Shown here piece by piece: positions 24,936 to 33,562 of a stretch of DNA of 38,567 nt. The position numbers and the translations under genes are program-made. The stretch spans positions 1 through 38,567 of the IMG/VR virus record IMGVR_UViG_3300028588_000816; one strand, given 5' to 3'. Origin of the DNA: a virus. Lineage: Duplodnaviria; Caudoviricetes. The first letter of the stretch is position 1. The number at the start of each line of letters is the position of its first letter. The notes under the pieces are model-generated. The model had not been told where the DNA came from. It saw only the letters and a list, made by a program, of their open reading frames with translations, and searched no databases.

Positions 24936-25928
24936 ATGGCAACTACCACCACCTCGCAAGTCGCGCCGGGCACCCAGGCGTTCTATGACCGCAACCTGCT
25001 GACCCGCGCGGTCCCCGCCGACGTGCACGGCCGCTACGGCCAGAAGCGCCCGATCGCCAAGAAAAACGGCAACCAGATCAAGTTCCGCCGCTACTCGGCG
25101 CTGGCGGCCGCGCTCACCCCGCTGACCGAAGGCGTCACCCCGGCCGGCTCGCAGCTGTCCGTCACCGACATCACCGCCACGCTGGCCCAGTACGGCGACT
25201 ACATCGTGCTGTCCGACGTGGTCGACATGGTCAACCAGGACCCGGTCGTCACCGAGGCGACCGAAGTGCTGGGCGACCAGTCCGGCCTGACCATCGACCA
25301 GGTGCGCCGCGACGTGCTCGTGGCCGGCACCAACGTCGCCTACGCCGGCGGCGCTGCCTCGCGCGCGGCGGTCGTCAACAAGATCACCGCCGCCGACCTG
25401 GACAAGGTCATCCGCTTCCTCAAGAACCAGAACGCGAAGTTCATCAAGCCGGAGATCGAAGGCTCCGACAAGGTCGGTTCTGGCGCAGTGCGCAAGGCCT
25501 TCATCGCCCTGGTGCACCCGGACGTCGAATTCGACCTCGAGCAGATCCCGGGCTACCGCGCCGTGTCGGACTACGGCTCGAAGGAATCGGTGATGGAAGA
25601 CGAGATCGGTTCCTACAAGAACATCCGCTTCGTGTCGTCGACCAACTGCAAGATCTTCCCGGACGCCACCGCCGCGACCACGGCCGGCTTCAAGACCTCG
25701 GGCAGCGGCAAGAACGACGTGTACGCGACCCTGATCCTGGCCGACAACGCCTACGGCGTCTGCCCGCTGGCCGGCGCCGCGATGCAGACCATCGTCAAGG
25801 AATTGGGTTCGGGCGGTTCGGCTGACCCGCTGAATCAGCGCTCGTCGGTCGGCTGGAAGGCGATGACCACCACCAAGATCCTGAACGAAGCCTGGATGCT
25901 GCGCCTGGAAACGCTGGCCAGCGCGTAA
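24936..25928 (+). CDS. Major capsid protein (N4-gp56-like family)
   Basis: IKFRRY...LTEGVTP...QYG...GEIG-like DEIGSYKNIRFV...DPLNQRSSVGWK. Confidence 0.92.
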   Translation: MATTTTSQVAPGTQAFYDRNLLTRAVPADVHGRYGQKRPIAKKNGNQIKFRRYSALAAALTPLTEGVTPAGSQLSVTDITATLAQYGDYIVLSDVVDMVNQDPVVTEATEVLGDQSGLTIDQVRRDVLVAGTNVAYAGGAASRAAVVNKITAADLDKVIRFLKNQNAKFIKPEIEGSDKVGSGAVRKAFIALVHPDVEFDLEQIPGYRAVSDYGSKESVMEDEIGSYKNIRFVSSTNCKIFPDATAATTAGFKTSGSGKNDVYATLILADNAYGVCPLAGAAMQTIVKELGSGGSADPLNQRSSVGWKAMTTTKILNEAWMLRLETLASA

Positions 25929-25961
25929 TAGCCCGGGCGCGCAAGCGCTACCCGCAATAAG

Positions 25962-25988
25962 GAAGGCCCGGCCAGCAGCCGGGCCTTC
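25962..25988 (+). terminator. Hairpin after the capsid gene (attenuator or stabiliser; no U-tract)
   Basis: GAAGGCCCGGC-CAGCA-GCCGGGCCTTC. Confidence 0.55.
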
Positions 25989-26009
25989 ATCGTTTCCATT
26001 GGAGAAATC

Positions 26010-26273
26010 ATGGCAGCAGCCAAAGAAAACGCAGCACCGAAGAAGTTCAAGGTCACCATCCACAGCGAGCCGGAAGGCGGCGACAAGGGCGACGTCATCA
26101 TCGGTCACAACTTCCGCCTGGTGCAGATCAAGCGCAACGTGCCGGTCGAGATCGACGAGCACATCCTGGACGTCCTGAAATCCTCGGTCATCGACACCCA
26201 CGTCAAGGGTGAAGACGACAAGATGCACCCGGTGCAGATCCCGCGCTACTCGTTCACGTCCGAGGCGCTGTAA
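26010..26273 (+). CDS. Conserved head-region protein (87 aa)
   Basis: GGAG RBS; DVIIGHNFRLVQIKRNVPVEI. Confidence 0.75.
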   Translation: MAAAKENAAPKKFKVTIHSEPEGGDKGDVIIGHNFRLVQIKRNVPVEIDEHILDVLKSSVIDTHVKGEDDKMHPVQIPRYSFTSEAL

Positions 26274-26921
26274 ATGTCGACCGCCTGGACCCTCGCCGCG
26301 GCCGACATCTGCACCGACGCGCTCGAGCACCTGGGCGCGATCGCCGCCGGCGAGACGATCGGCGCCGAAGACATGCAGGTTGCCCTGCGCGCGCTCGACG
26401 CCGTGCTGAAGGAATTGCCACTGGCGGGCTACACCTGGCCGAAGCTGTCGGGCGAAGTCGCGCTGGCCTGGACCGGCGGCCAGTCGATCCCGCTGCCGAC
26501 CGACTACTTCGGTTCGCCGGTCGCCTGGCACCTGGTCGATGGTCGCAAGGTCCCACTGTCCCAGATCCCGCACGCCGACTGGCTGCAGATGACCGACCGC
26601 GGCAGCGCTGTCGGCACGCCGACGCATTTCTACGTCGGCCCCGGCAAGACGCTGTGCCTGTGGCCAGTGCCAGAAAGCGAGCCAGCCGTCACGCTGCAAT
26701 ACCAGCGCATCGTGGCCGACGCCGACAGGTTCGCCCAGCCGGATGTGCCGCAGTACATGCTCAATGCCCTGGGCTACGGGGTGGCCAACGAGCTCGTGCT
26801 GAAGTTCGGCGCCGACGCCGCCCTGGCCCAGTCCATCGCGACGCGCTGGCAGTCCAAGCGCGCGGCCGCGCTGGAATACTCGATCGAGTCGGCGCCGATC
26901 TGCTTCGAAGTGAGGGAATGA
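26274..26921 (+). CDS. Head-to-tail adaptor (P22 gp4-like)
   Basis: AADICTDALEHLGAIAAGET...ALRALD...GTPTHFY...LWPVP. Confidence 0.8.
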   Translation: MSTAWTLAAADICTDALEHLGAIAAGETIGAEDMQVALRALDAVLKELPLAGYTWPKLSGEVALAWTGGQSIPLPTDYFGSPVAWHLVDGRKVPLSQIPHADWLQMTDRGSAVGTPTHFYVGPGKTLCLWPVPESEPAVTLQYQRIVADADRFAQPDVPQYMLNALGYGVANELVLKFGADAALAQSIATRWQSKRAAALEYSIESAPICFEVRE

Positions 26922-27394
26922 TGATCACCGTGACCTACAGCGGCGCGCTGGCGCCGGCGCGGACCATGCGCCGCAGGGTCGAGCGCCTGGAAGGATCCAT
27001 GGCCGGCCTGCCGCAAGTGGATTGCCCGGTGTTTCACTTCACCGCGCCCGGCCAGATCGCCCGCCGCATGGAAATTCCGGCCGGCACGGTCGTCACCGGA
27101 GCGGTGCACAAGCTCGAGCACCTCATCGTCATCGCCAAGGGCCGGCTGCGCATCGTGACCGAGGACGGCACGCGCGACGCCGCCGCCGGCGACGTCTTCA
27201 CCTGCAAGCCGGGCATGAAGAACGCGGTCACGGCACTGGAAGACTCTGTGTGGGTGAACGTGTTCGCCGTCGACGAGACGGATCCGGACAAGCTGGTGGA
27301 GCTGGTGACCGAGTCGAAAGCGGAAGACTTGCTCGGCCGGCCGAAGAACAAGCAACTGGCGGCGCAGCGCGCTGCCGCACACCTGGAGGAATGA
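26918..27394 (+). CDS. Cupin-fold protein
   Basis: HFTAPGQIARRMEIPAGTVVTGAVHKLEHLIVIAKGRL...PGMK. Confidence 0.75.
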   Translation: MMITVTYSGALAPARTMRRRVERLEGSMAGLPQVDCPVFHFTAPGQIARRMEIPAGTVVTGAVHKLEHLIVIAKGRLRIVTEDGTRDAAAGDVFTCKPGMKNAVTALEDSVWVNVFAVDETDPDKLVELVTESKAEDLLGRPKNKQLAAQRAAAHLEE

Positions 27395-27395
27395 C

Positions 27396-28181
27396 ATGTC
27401 ATTCGGACTTTCTGCCGCCGCCGTCGGGCTGATCGGCGCCGGCGTCGGTGCCGGCGTCGGCATTTACACATCCAACAAGGCAGCCAAGGCCCAGCAGGAT
27501 GCGACCAACTCCGCCAACGCCGTCGCCCTGCAGACCAAGGACGAGGAACTCGCCTTGGCGCGCGAGATGTTCAACAAGAACGTCGAGCTGCAGCAGCCGA
27601 CGATCGACGCGGGCAACACCGCGCGCAACCGCCTGCTGCAGCTGCTGGGCCTGTCCACCGGCGGCGCCGACAACGGTTCGCTGATGAAGGATTTCAGTGC
27701 GTCGGACTTCACGGCCGACCCGGGCTACCAGTTCCGGCTCGACCAGGGCCAGCAGGCGATCGAGCGCTCGGCGGCCGCACGCGGCGGCCTGCTCTCGGGC
27801 GCGGCCATCAAGGCGGCGAACAACTACGCCCAGGGCCAGGCCTCGCAGGAGTACCAGGCGGCGTACGACCGCTTCAACACCAATCGCGCAAACAAGCTGA
27901 ATCCGCTGCTGTCGCTGGCCGGCTCGGCGCAGACCGCCTCCGGCGCGCTGGGATCGGCGGCGACCGGCGTCGCCAATGCCGGGAGCAACACGCTCAGCGG
28001 CTACGGCGCGACCGTCGGCAACAACCTGACGAATGCCGGCAACGCGCGCGCGTCCGGCTACGTCGGCACCGCCAACGCCATCACCGGCGGGCTGACGCAA
28101 GCCTACAACGGCTACCAGCAGAACCAGCTGCTCGGCTTGCTGAACCGCTCTTCTGGTGCCGTCAACAACACCCTGTTCTGA
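27396..28181 (+). CDS. DNA ejection/transfer protein (P22 gp7-like)
   Basis: Hydrophobic Gly-rich N-terminus; DPGYQFRLDQGQQAIERSAAARGGLLSG. Confidence 0.85.
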   Translation: MSFGLSAAAVGLIGAGVGAGVGIYTSNKAAKAQQDATNSANAVALQTKDEELALAREMFNKNVELQQPTIDAGNTARNRLLQLLGLSTGGADNGSLMKDFSASDFTADPGYQFRLDQGQQAIERSAAARGGLLSGAAIKAANNYAQGQASQEYQAAYDRFNTNRANKLNPLLSLAGSAQTASGALGSAATGVANAGSNTLSGYGATVGNNLTNAGNARASGYVGTANAITGGLTQAYNGYQQNQLLGLLNRSSGAVNNTLF

Positions 28182-28189
28182 GGCCATAC

Positions 28190-29533
28190 ATGCCAATCGA
28201 TCCATCCATCGCCATGGGCGTGAAAGCGCCGCAGTTCGAGTCGCCGGTGAATGCCCTGTCGCAGCTGCTGCAGGTGCAGGCCACCCAGCAGCAGAACCAG
28301 CTCGGTCAGGCTAAGCTCGATGAGTACCAGCGCGGTGCCGATCGGACGAACCGCCTGAATTCGCTGCTGGCCAATATCAAGCCGGACGCGCCTGCCGACG
28401 AGCAGGTCGGAGCCCTCACCCGCGGCGGCTTCCTGCCGGAGGCGCGCAGCCTGGCCGAGTCGTCCGCCAAGGTGGCCAAGGAAAAGCGCGATGGCGAGAA
28501 AGCACAGTGGGAGGCCATGGGCCAGAAACTGGCGCTCGGCGCCCGAATCCTGGGCTCGGTCAAAGACCAAGCCAGCTATGACGCGGCCCGCGTAAGCGCC
28601 CAGCAAGCCGGCTTGGACGTTTCGAACATGCCGTCGCAGTACGATCCGGCCTTCGTTGCCGCGAAACGCACCGAAGGCCTGACGACGCTGGAGCAGTTTG
28701 AGCAAGGCTGGAAACAAAAGGGCTTTGACCTGGAACTTAAAAAGGCCGATGAGCAGACGCGCCACAACCGCGCCGTCGAGAACAACTCGGCTGGACAGCT
28801 CGCTGTATCGCAAGGCCAGCTGGGTGTTGCACAAGGCAATCTCAAGGTCTCGCAGGCGCGCGAGACGCGCGAGGCTGCAGCCGGCAAAGTACCGAGCGGC
28901 TACCGCCAGGGCCCGGACGGCACGCTGGTGGCAATCCCGGGCGGCCCCGCCGATCCAAGTAACAAACCGCCGACCGAGTTCCAGGGCAAGTCCGCGGCAT
29001 TCGGCGCGCGCGCCCAACAGGCGGACAAGATCCTGACCGAGCTGCAAGGCAAATACAGCCCGGCCGGCATCAATACGAAGAACGCGCTGTCCGATGTGTG
29101 GGTCGTCGGCGGCGCGCTCGGCGCCGCCGCCAATGGCAATCTGAGCGACGCCAGCCAGCGTGCCGAACAGGCGCAACGCGACTTCATCAACGCGGTGCTT
29201 CGCCAGGAATCCGGCGCAGCGATCGGCGCCGGCGAGTTCGACAACGCCAGGAAGCAGTACTTCCCGCAAGTCAACGACGGCCCGGCCTTGATTGCGCAGA
29301 AGGCGGCGAACCGCAGGCTGGCGGTTCAGGGCCTGCTGACGAACGCCGGCCACGCGGCATTTTCGGCGTCGCCGACGAGTGCCGCACCAGCCCGACCGGC
29401 ACCGGCACCCCAGGCGCCGGCACCGCAGGCGCCGCCGGCAACCAACAGCAAGGGCTGGACGCTGCACGTCGACGCCAAGGGCAACCGCGCCTACGTCAGT
29501 CCGGACGGTAAACAATACGAAGAGGTGCAGTGA
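28190..29533 (+). CDS. Ejection protein (gp20-like position)
   Basis: 447 aa helical Gln/Ala-rich; FINAVLRQESGAAI. Confidence 0.7.
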   Translation: MPIDPSIAMGVKAPQFESPVNALSQLLQVQATQQQNQLGQAKLDEYQRGADRTNRLNSLLANIKPDAPADEQVGALTRGGFLPEARSLAESSAKVAKEKRDGEKAQWEAMGQKLALGARILGSVKDQASYDAARVSAQQAGLDVSNMPSQYDPAFVAAKRTEGLTTLEQFEQGWKQKGFDLELKKADEQTRHNRAVENNSAGQLAVSQGQLGVAQGNLKVSQARETREAAAGKVPSGYRQGPDGTLVAIPGGPADPSNKPPTEFQGKSAAFGARAQQADKILTELQGKYSPAGINTKNALSDVWVVGGALGAAANGNLSDASQRAEQAQRDFINAVLRQESGAAIGAGEFDNARKQYFPQVNDGPALIAQKAANRRLAVQGLLTNAGHAAFSASPTSAAPARPAPAPQAPAPQAPPATNSKGWTLHVDAKGNRAYVSPDGKQYEEVQ

Positions 29534-31590
29534 TGCCGTTCGATCTCGCAACAGCGAAGCCTGCAGCTGCAACAGCAACGCCTGCACCTGCAACAGGCTT
29601 CGACCTGGCCACGGCTAAGCCTGGCGCTGCAGCACCTGCTGGCAGCAGGGATTACCAGCGCGGACGCGCCGCTGCACCTTGGAAACAGGGGCTGGCGGCT
29701 GGCACGAACGGCCTCCTGCTGGGCTATGCCGACGAGTTGGGCGGCGCTCTCGGCGCGCTCTGGGACAAGGCGCGTAACCCCTCCTCGGACCTGCAGGAGA
29801 ACTATGTCGCCAACCGCGACGTACTGCGCGGCATGGAGGATGCGCAGCGCGAGCGCAGCCCGATCACGACTGCGGTGGCCCAAGGCCTGGGCACCATTCC
29901 CCTGGCGCTGGCGACCAGCGGCAGCAGTTCCCTGGCATCGATGCTGCCGTCGGCGACGCGCGTGGCCAGCACGGTGCCGGCCGTCGCCGGCCTCGGCGCG
30001 CGCACGGTCCGGGCTGCCACGGTGGGCGCCGCCTATGGCGCGGCCGGCGGCGCCGGCAACTCCACTGCCAACACGGTCGAGGGTGTGCTGGCGGACGCCA
30101 GCAGGGCCGCCACCGCCAGCGCGGTGTTCGGCACCGCTGCAACGCCCGTGGGTGCCGGCGTCGCCGCGGTCGGGCGCAACGTCGCGCAGCGCCTGTCCGG
30201 TACGGCGGCGGCGGACTTCGCCAAGCAGAAGATCGCCCAGGCCCTGGCGAACGACGCACGCGGCACGCTCGCCACCGGCGGCTACATCAACCCGCTGACC
30301 CAGATCGCGGCTCGCTTCACCAAGCTCGGCGACGAAGCGGTGCTGGCGGACGCCGGCGGCCGCAACACGAACCAGCTGCTGGACACGCTGGCCACGCTGC
30401 CCGGGCGCACGAAGGAAGCCGTGTTCAACGTGCAGCGGCAGCGCACCGCCGGCGTCGGCGACCGGATGCGCAATGCTGCCGAGCAGGCGCTCAACACCCG
30501 CGGGCAGCGCCTGGACAGCACCGTCGACGGGCTGATCACGCGCCGCCAGCAAGATTCGGCGCCGCTGTACAACCAGCTGCGACAGATGGACATCCAGCCA
30601 ACCGCCGGGCTGGCCGATATCGTGAACCACGCAGACGCGCTGGGCGTGCTGAAGCTGGGCCGGGAAATCGCGACGGCGCGCCGGATGCCGTTCACCCTGG
30701 ACGCGTCGCAACCCACGCGCTGGAACATGGGCGACCTCGACCACGTGAAGCAAGGTATCGACCAGGTGCTGGCCAGCAGCAAGGCGGTCAACCCCGACGG
30801 CACGTTGAAGCCGCTGGGCAATGCCTACATGGCGCTGAAGACGGAATTGGTGAACGCGCTCGATTCGGCGACCACCAACCCGCAGACCGGCCAGTCTCTC
30901 TACCGGGAGGCGCGCGAGGCGTTCGCGACGCCGTCCGGCCTGATCGACGCCGCGCGCGCCGGTCGCTTGGCCGTCAACCGCGATGAATCCAGCATCACCA
31001 GCACGCTGAAGGGCATGTCGGACATCGAGAAGGAGGCATTCCGAATTGGCGCCTTCGAAGGCCTGCGCAACAAACTGGGCACCCAGGGCGGCCAGACCAA
31101 TATCATGAACATGTGGAAGGAGCCGGCCACGCAGGAGAAGCTGCGGGCGATTTTCGGTACCGACCGCGCCTACCGCCAGTTCGCGGCGGATGTGGCGCGC
31201 GAGGCGACGCTCAAGCGGCTGCAGAGCGTCGGCATGGGCTCGCAGACCGCGGCGCGCCAGGCCGGCATGGGCGACCTCGACCTGGCGGCGCTGACGGATG
31301 CCGGCGCCGCGGTTGGCGCTGCCAAGACCGGCAACCTGCTGACCGCGATCGGCTCGGCCAGGAACGCATGGAACCGCGTCGCCGTGCCACAGACCGTACG
31401 CGACCAGATGGGCAACTTGCTGCTCTCCCGCGGCGCCCAGGGTGCCCAGACCCTGAACAGCCTGGGGCCGCTGATCGAGCAGATCAACACCCGCAACATG
31501 CTGCTGTCGAACGGCGTCGGAGTGTTTGGCGGCGAGCTCGGCGTCGGCCTGACAACGCCGGCTGTGCCGCCTCAACAGTTGCCCAGGTAG
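29530..31590 (+). CDS. Large ejection protein (gp16-like position)
   Basis: 686 aa Ala/Gly-rich helical; duplicated FDLATAKP at the N-terminus. Confidence 0.7.
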   Translation: MMPFDLATAKPAAATATPAPATGFDLATAKPGAAAPAGSRDYQRGRAAAPWKQGLAAGTNGLLLGYADELGGALGALWDKARNPSSDLQENYVANRDVLRGMEDAQRERSPITTAVAQGLGTIPLALATSGSSSLASMLPSATRVASTVPAVAGLGARTVRAATVGAAYGAAGGAGNSTANTVEGVLADASRAATASAVFGTAATPVGAGVAAVGRNVAQRLSGTAAADFAKQKIAQALANDARGTLATGGYINPLTQIAARFTKLGDEAVLADAGGRNTNQLLDTLATLPGRTKEAVFNVQRQRTAGVGDRMRNAAEQALNTRGQRLDSTVDGLITRRQQDSAPLYNQLRQMDIQPTAGLADIVNHADALGVLKLGREIATARRMPFTLDASQPTRWNMGDLDHVKQGIDQVLASSKAVNPDGTLKPLGNAYMALKTELVNALDSATTNPQTGQSLYREAREAFATPSGLIDAARAGRLAVNRDESSITSTLKGMSDIEKEAFRIGAFEGLRNKLGTQGGQTNIMNMWKEPATQEKLRAIFGTDRAYRQFAADVAREATLKRLQSVGMGSQTAARQAGMGDLDLAALTDAGAAVGAAKTGNLLTAIGSARNAWNRVAVPQTVRDQMGNLLLSRGAQGAQTLNSLGPLIEQINTRNMLLSNGVGVFGGELGVGLTTPAVPPQQLPR

Positions 31591-31612
31591 CAGAAGTTCC
31601 AGCATCACCACC

Positions 31613-31636
31613 AGCCCGCACGCGCGGGCTTTTTTT
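31613..31636 (+). terminator. Intrinsic terminator
   Basis: AGCCCGC-ACGC-GCGGGCT followed by a T-run. Confidence 0.8.
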
Positions 31637-31648
31637 CGACCAATCCAC

Positions 31649-33073
31649 ATGAAAATTCCATTCGTAGGCGGCGCCTACGCCCTGCGCTCGCGCGGCATGG
31701 ACGCCCAGCGCAGCATCAACCTGTTCCCGGTGGTCGACCAGAGCGGCGGCGCGCGCACGGTGACCGCCATGTACGGCACGCCCGGGCTGCGCCTGCTGCT
31801 GGCCCTGCCCGGCGCCGGCGGCATCCGCGGCGAGCACCGGCCGGCGGCCGGCGACCCGATCGTCGTGCGCGGCGCATCGGTCTATCGCGTCGACGCGGCC
31901 TGGCAGGCGACGCTGGTCGGCACGCTGGCCACGTCGTCCGGCCCGGTCTCGATCGCCGACAACGGCAAGGTGGCCGTGATCGTCGACGGCGCGAACGGCT
32001 ACGCCGTGAACCTGGCCGACAACACGCTGGCGCAGATCGTCGACGAAGCCTTCTACGGCGCCGACTGGGTGGCCTACCTTGACGGCTACTTCATCTTCAA
32101 CAAGCCGGGCACCGCCCAGTTCTACATTTCCGGCCTGTTCGCGACGACCTTCGACGGCCTGGACTTCGCCAGCGTCGAGGGCACGGCCGACGCCATCGTT
32201 CGGCACATCGTCGACCACCGCGAAATCTGGTTCTTCAAGCGCAACAACATCGAGGTATGGGTGAACTCGGGCGACGCCGACTTCCCGCTCACGCGCACGT
32301 CGACGTCGATCCAGGTCGGGTGCTCGGCGCCGTGGTCGGTGGCACGCATGGACAACTCGCTGATCTGGCTCGGCGCCGACGACACCGGCTCGCTGGCCGT
32401 CTACCGCGCGCAGGGCTACCAGCCGGCGCGGATCTCGACCGAGGCCATCGATTACGCGATCGCGCAGTACCCGACCGTCGCCGACGCGATCGCCTACGCC
32501 TACGAACACGAGGGCCACACCTTCTACGTGCTGTCCTTCCCCAGCGCGAACGCGACCTGGGTGTACGACGCCGCCACCGGCCAGTGGCACGAGCGCCTGT
32601 GGCGCAACCCGGTCGGCGGCACCTTGAACCGGCACCGGTCCTGCCACCACATGGCGTTCCGCGGCGAGCATGTGGTCGGCGACTGGGAGAACGGCAACCT
32701 GTACGCCCTGGACATGGACTGCTACACGGACAACGGCGCGCCGCTGCCGCGCATCCGCGTGACGGGCTACATCGCCAACCCCGAATCGCACCACATGCAC
32801 TTCGACTCGGTGCAGGTGGAGTTCGAGGCCGGCGTCGGCCTGCAGTACGGCCAGGGCAGCGACCCGCAGGCGGTGCTGGAATGGTCGGACAAGGCCAAGG
32901 TCTGGAGCCACCAGCACGCGCGCTCGATCGGCGCCGTCGGCAACTACAACGCGCGCGCGGTCTGGCGGCGCCTGGGCCGCAGCCGCAGCCGGGTGTTCCG
33001 GCTGACGATCTCGGACCCGGTCAAGGTGGTGATCCTGGGCGGATCCGGCCAGGTGAGGATGGCCGCCTCATGA
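31649..33073 (+). CDS. Tail hub / packaged-DNA stabilisation protein (P22 gp10-like)
   Basis: AQRSINLFP...TPGL...YLDGYFIF...ISTEAID...TWVYDAATGQWHER...WRRLG. Confidence 0.88.
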   Translation: MKIPFVGGAYALRSRGMDAQRSINLFPVVDQSGGARTVTAMYGTPGLRLLLALPGAGGIRGEHRPAAGDPIVVRGASVYRVDAAWQATLVGTLATSSGPVSIADNGKVAVIVDGANGYAVNLADNTLAQIVDEAFYGADWVAYLDGYFIFNKPGTAQFYISGLFATTFDGLDFASVEGTADAIVRHIVDHREIWFFKRNNIEVWVNSGDADFPLTRTSTSIQVGCSAPWSVARMDNSLIWLGADDTGSLAVYRAQGYQPARISTEAIDYAIAQYPTVADAIAYAYEHEGHTFYVLSFPSANATWVYDAATGQWHERLWRNPVGGTLNRHRSCHHMAFRGEHVVGDWENGNLYALDMDCYTDNGAPLPRIRVTGYIANPESHHMHFDSVQVEFEAGVGLQYGQGSDPQAVLEWSDKAKVWSHQHARSIGAVGNYNARAVWRRLGRSRSRVFRLTISDPVKVVILGGSGQVRMAAS

Positions 33074-33507
33074 AGCTGACGCCGCCCTCCTCCCGCGAGC
33101 CGGCCATCGATCCACGCACCGGCACGTTCTCGCGCACCTGGTTCAACTACTTCCAGCAGGTGTTCGAGCGGGTCGGCGGCGTCGCGGCGGACCTGCTCAG
33201 CCTTGCCGACTTCCAGGGCAGGAACCAGCGGCTGGATGTACCAGGCTTTCAAAAGTTCCCTGGTGGACTGACCCGCCAGTGGGGAGAGGCCGCCACCGGC
33301 GATGACGGCGCCGTGACGATCGTCTTCGACCCGCCGTTCGTGCGGAGGTGCGTCACCTTCAAGTGCGAGGAGACGGGCGTCGAGGCGGCAAGCGGCATCA
33401 CGTTTGCGCACGGCCCCCTGCAGCAGGACCGGGTCGCCGTCTATAGCTCGGGCGCCGGCACCTCGCACGCGGCGAAGCGCTTCACCTGGGAAGCCACCGG
33501 GTACTGA
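33070..33507 (+). CDS. Tail-associated protein with gp53-like C-terminal domain (145 aa)
   Basis: GFQKFPGGLTRQWG...TIVFDPPF...WEATGY. Confidence 0.7.
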   Translation: MKLTPPSSREPAIDPRTGTFSRTWFNYFQQVFERVGGVAADLLSLADFQGRNQRLDVPGFQKFPGGLTRQWGEAATGDDGAVTIVFDPPFVRRCVTFKCEETGVEAASGITFAHGPLQQDRVAVYSSGAGTSHAAKRFTWEATGY

Positions 33508-33528
33508 CAGAACAATATTTCGACATAG

Positions 33529-33553
33529 GCCGCCTACGGGCGGCTTTTCTTTT
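33529..33553 (+). terminator. Intrinsic terminator-like hairpin
   Basis: GCCGCC-TACG-GGCGGC followed by TTTTCTTTT. Confidence 0.7.
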
Positions 33554-33562
33554 GGAGCTTGC

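Noticed and set aside
19877-32917. Long minus-strand ORFs opposite terL, portal, capsid and tail genes
   Set aside because: Shadow ORFs expected from high-GC codon bias; no recognisable motifs.
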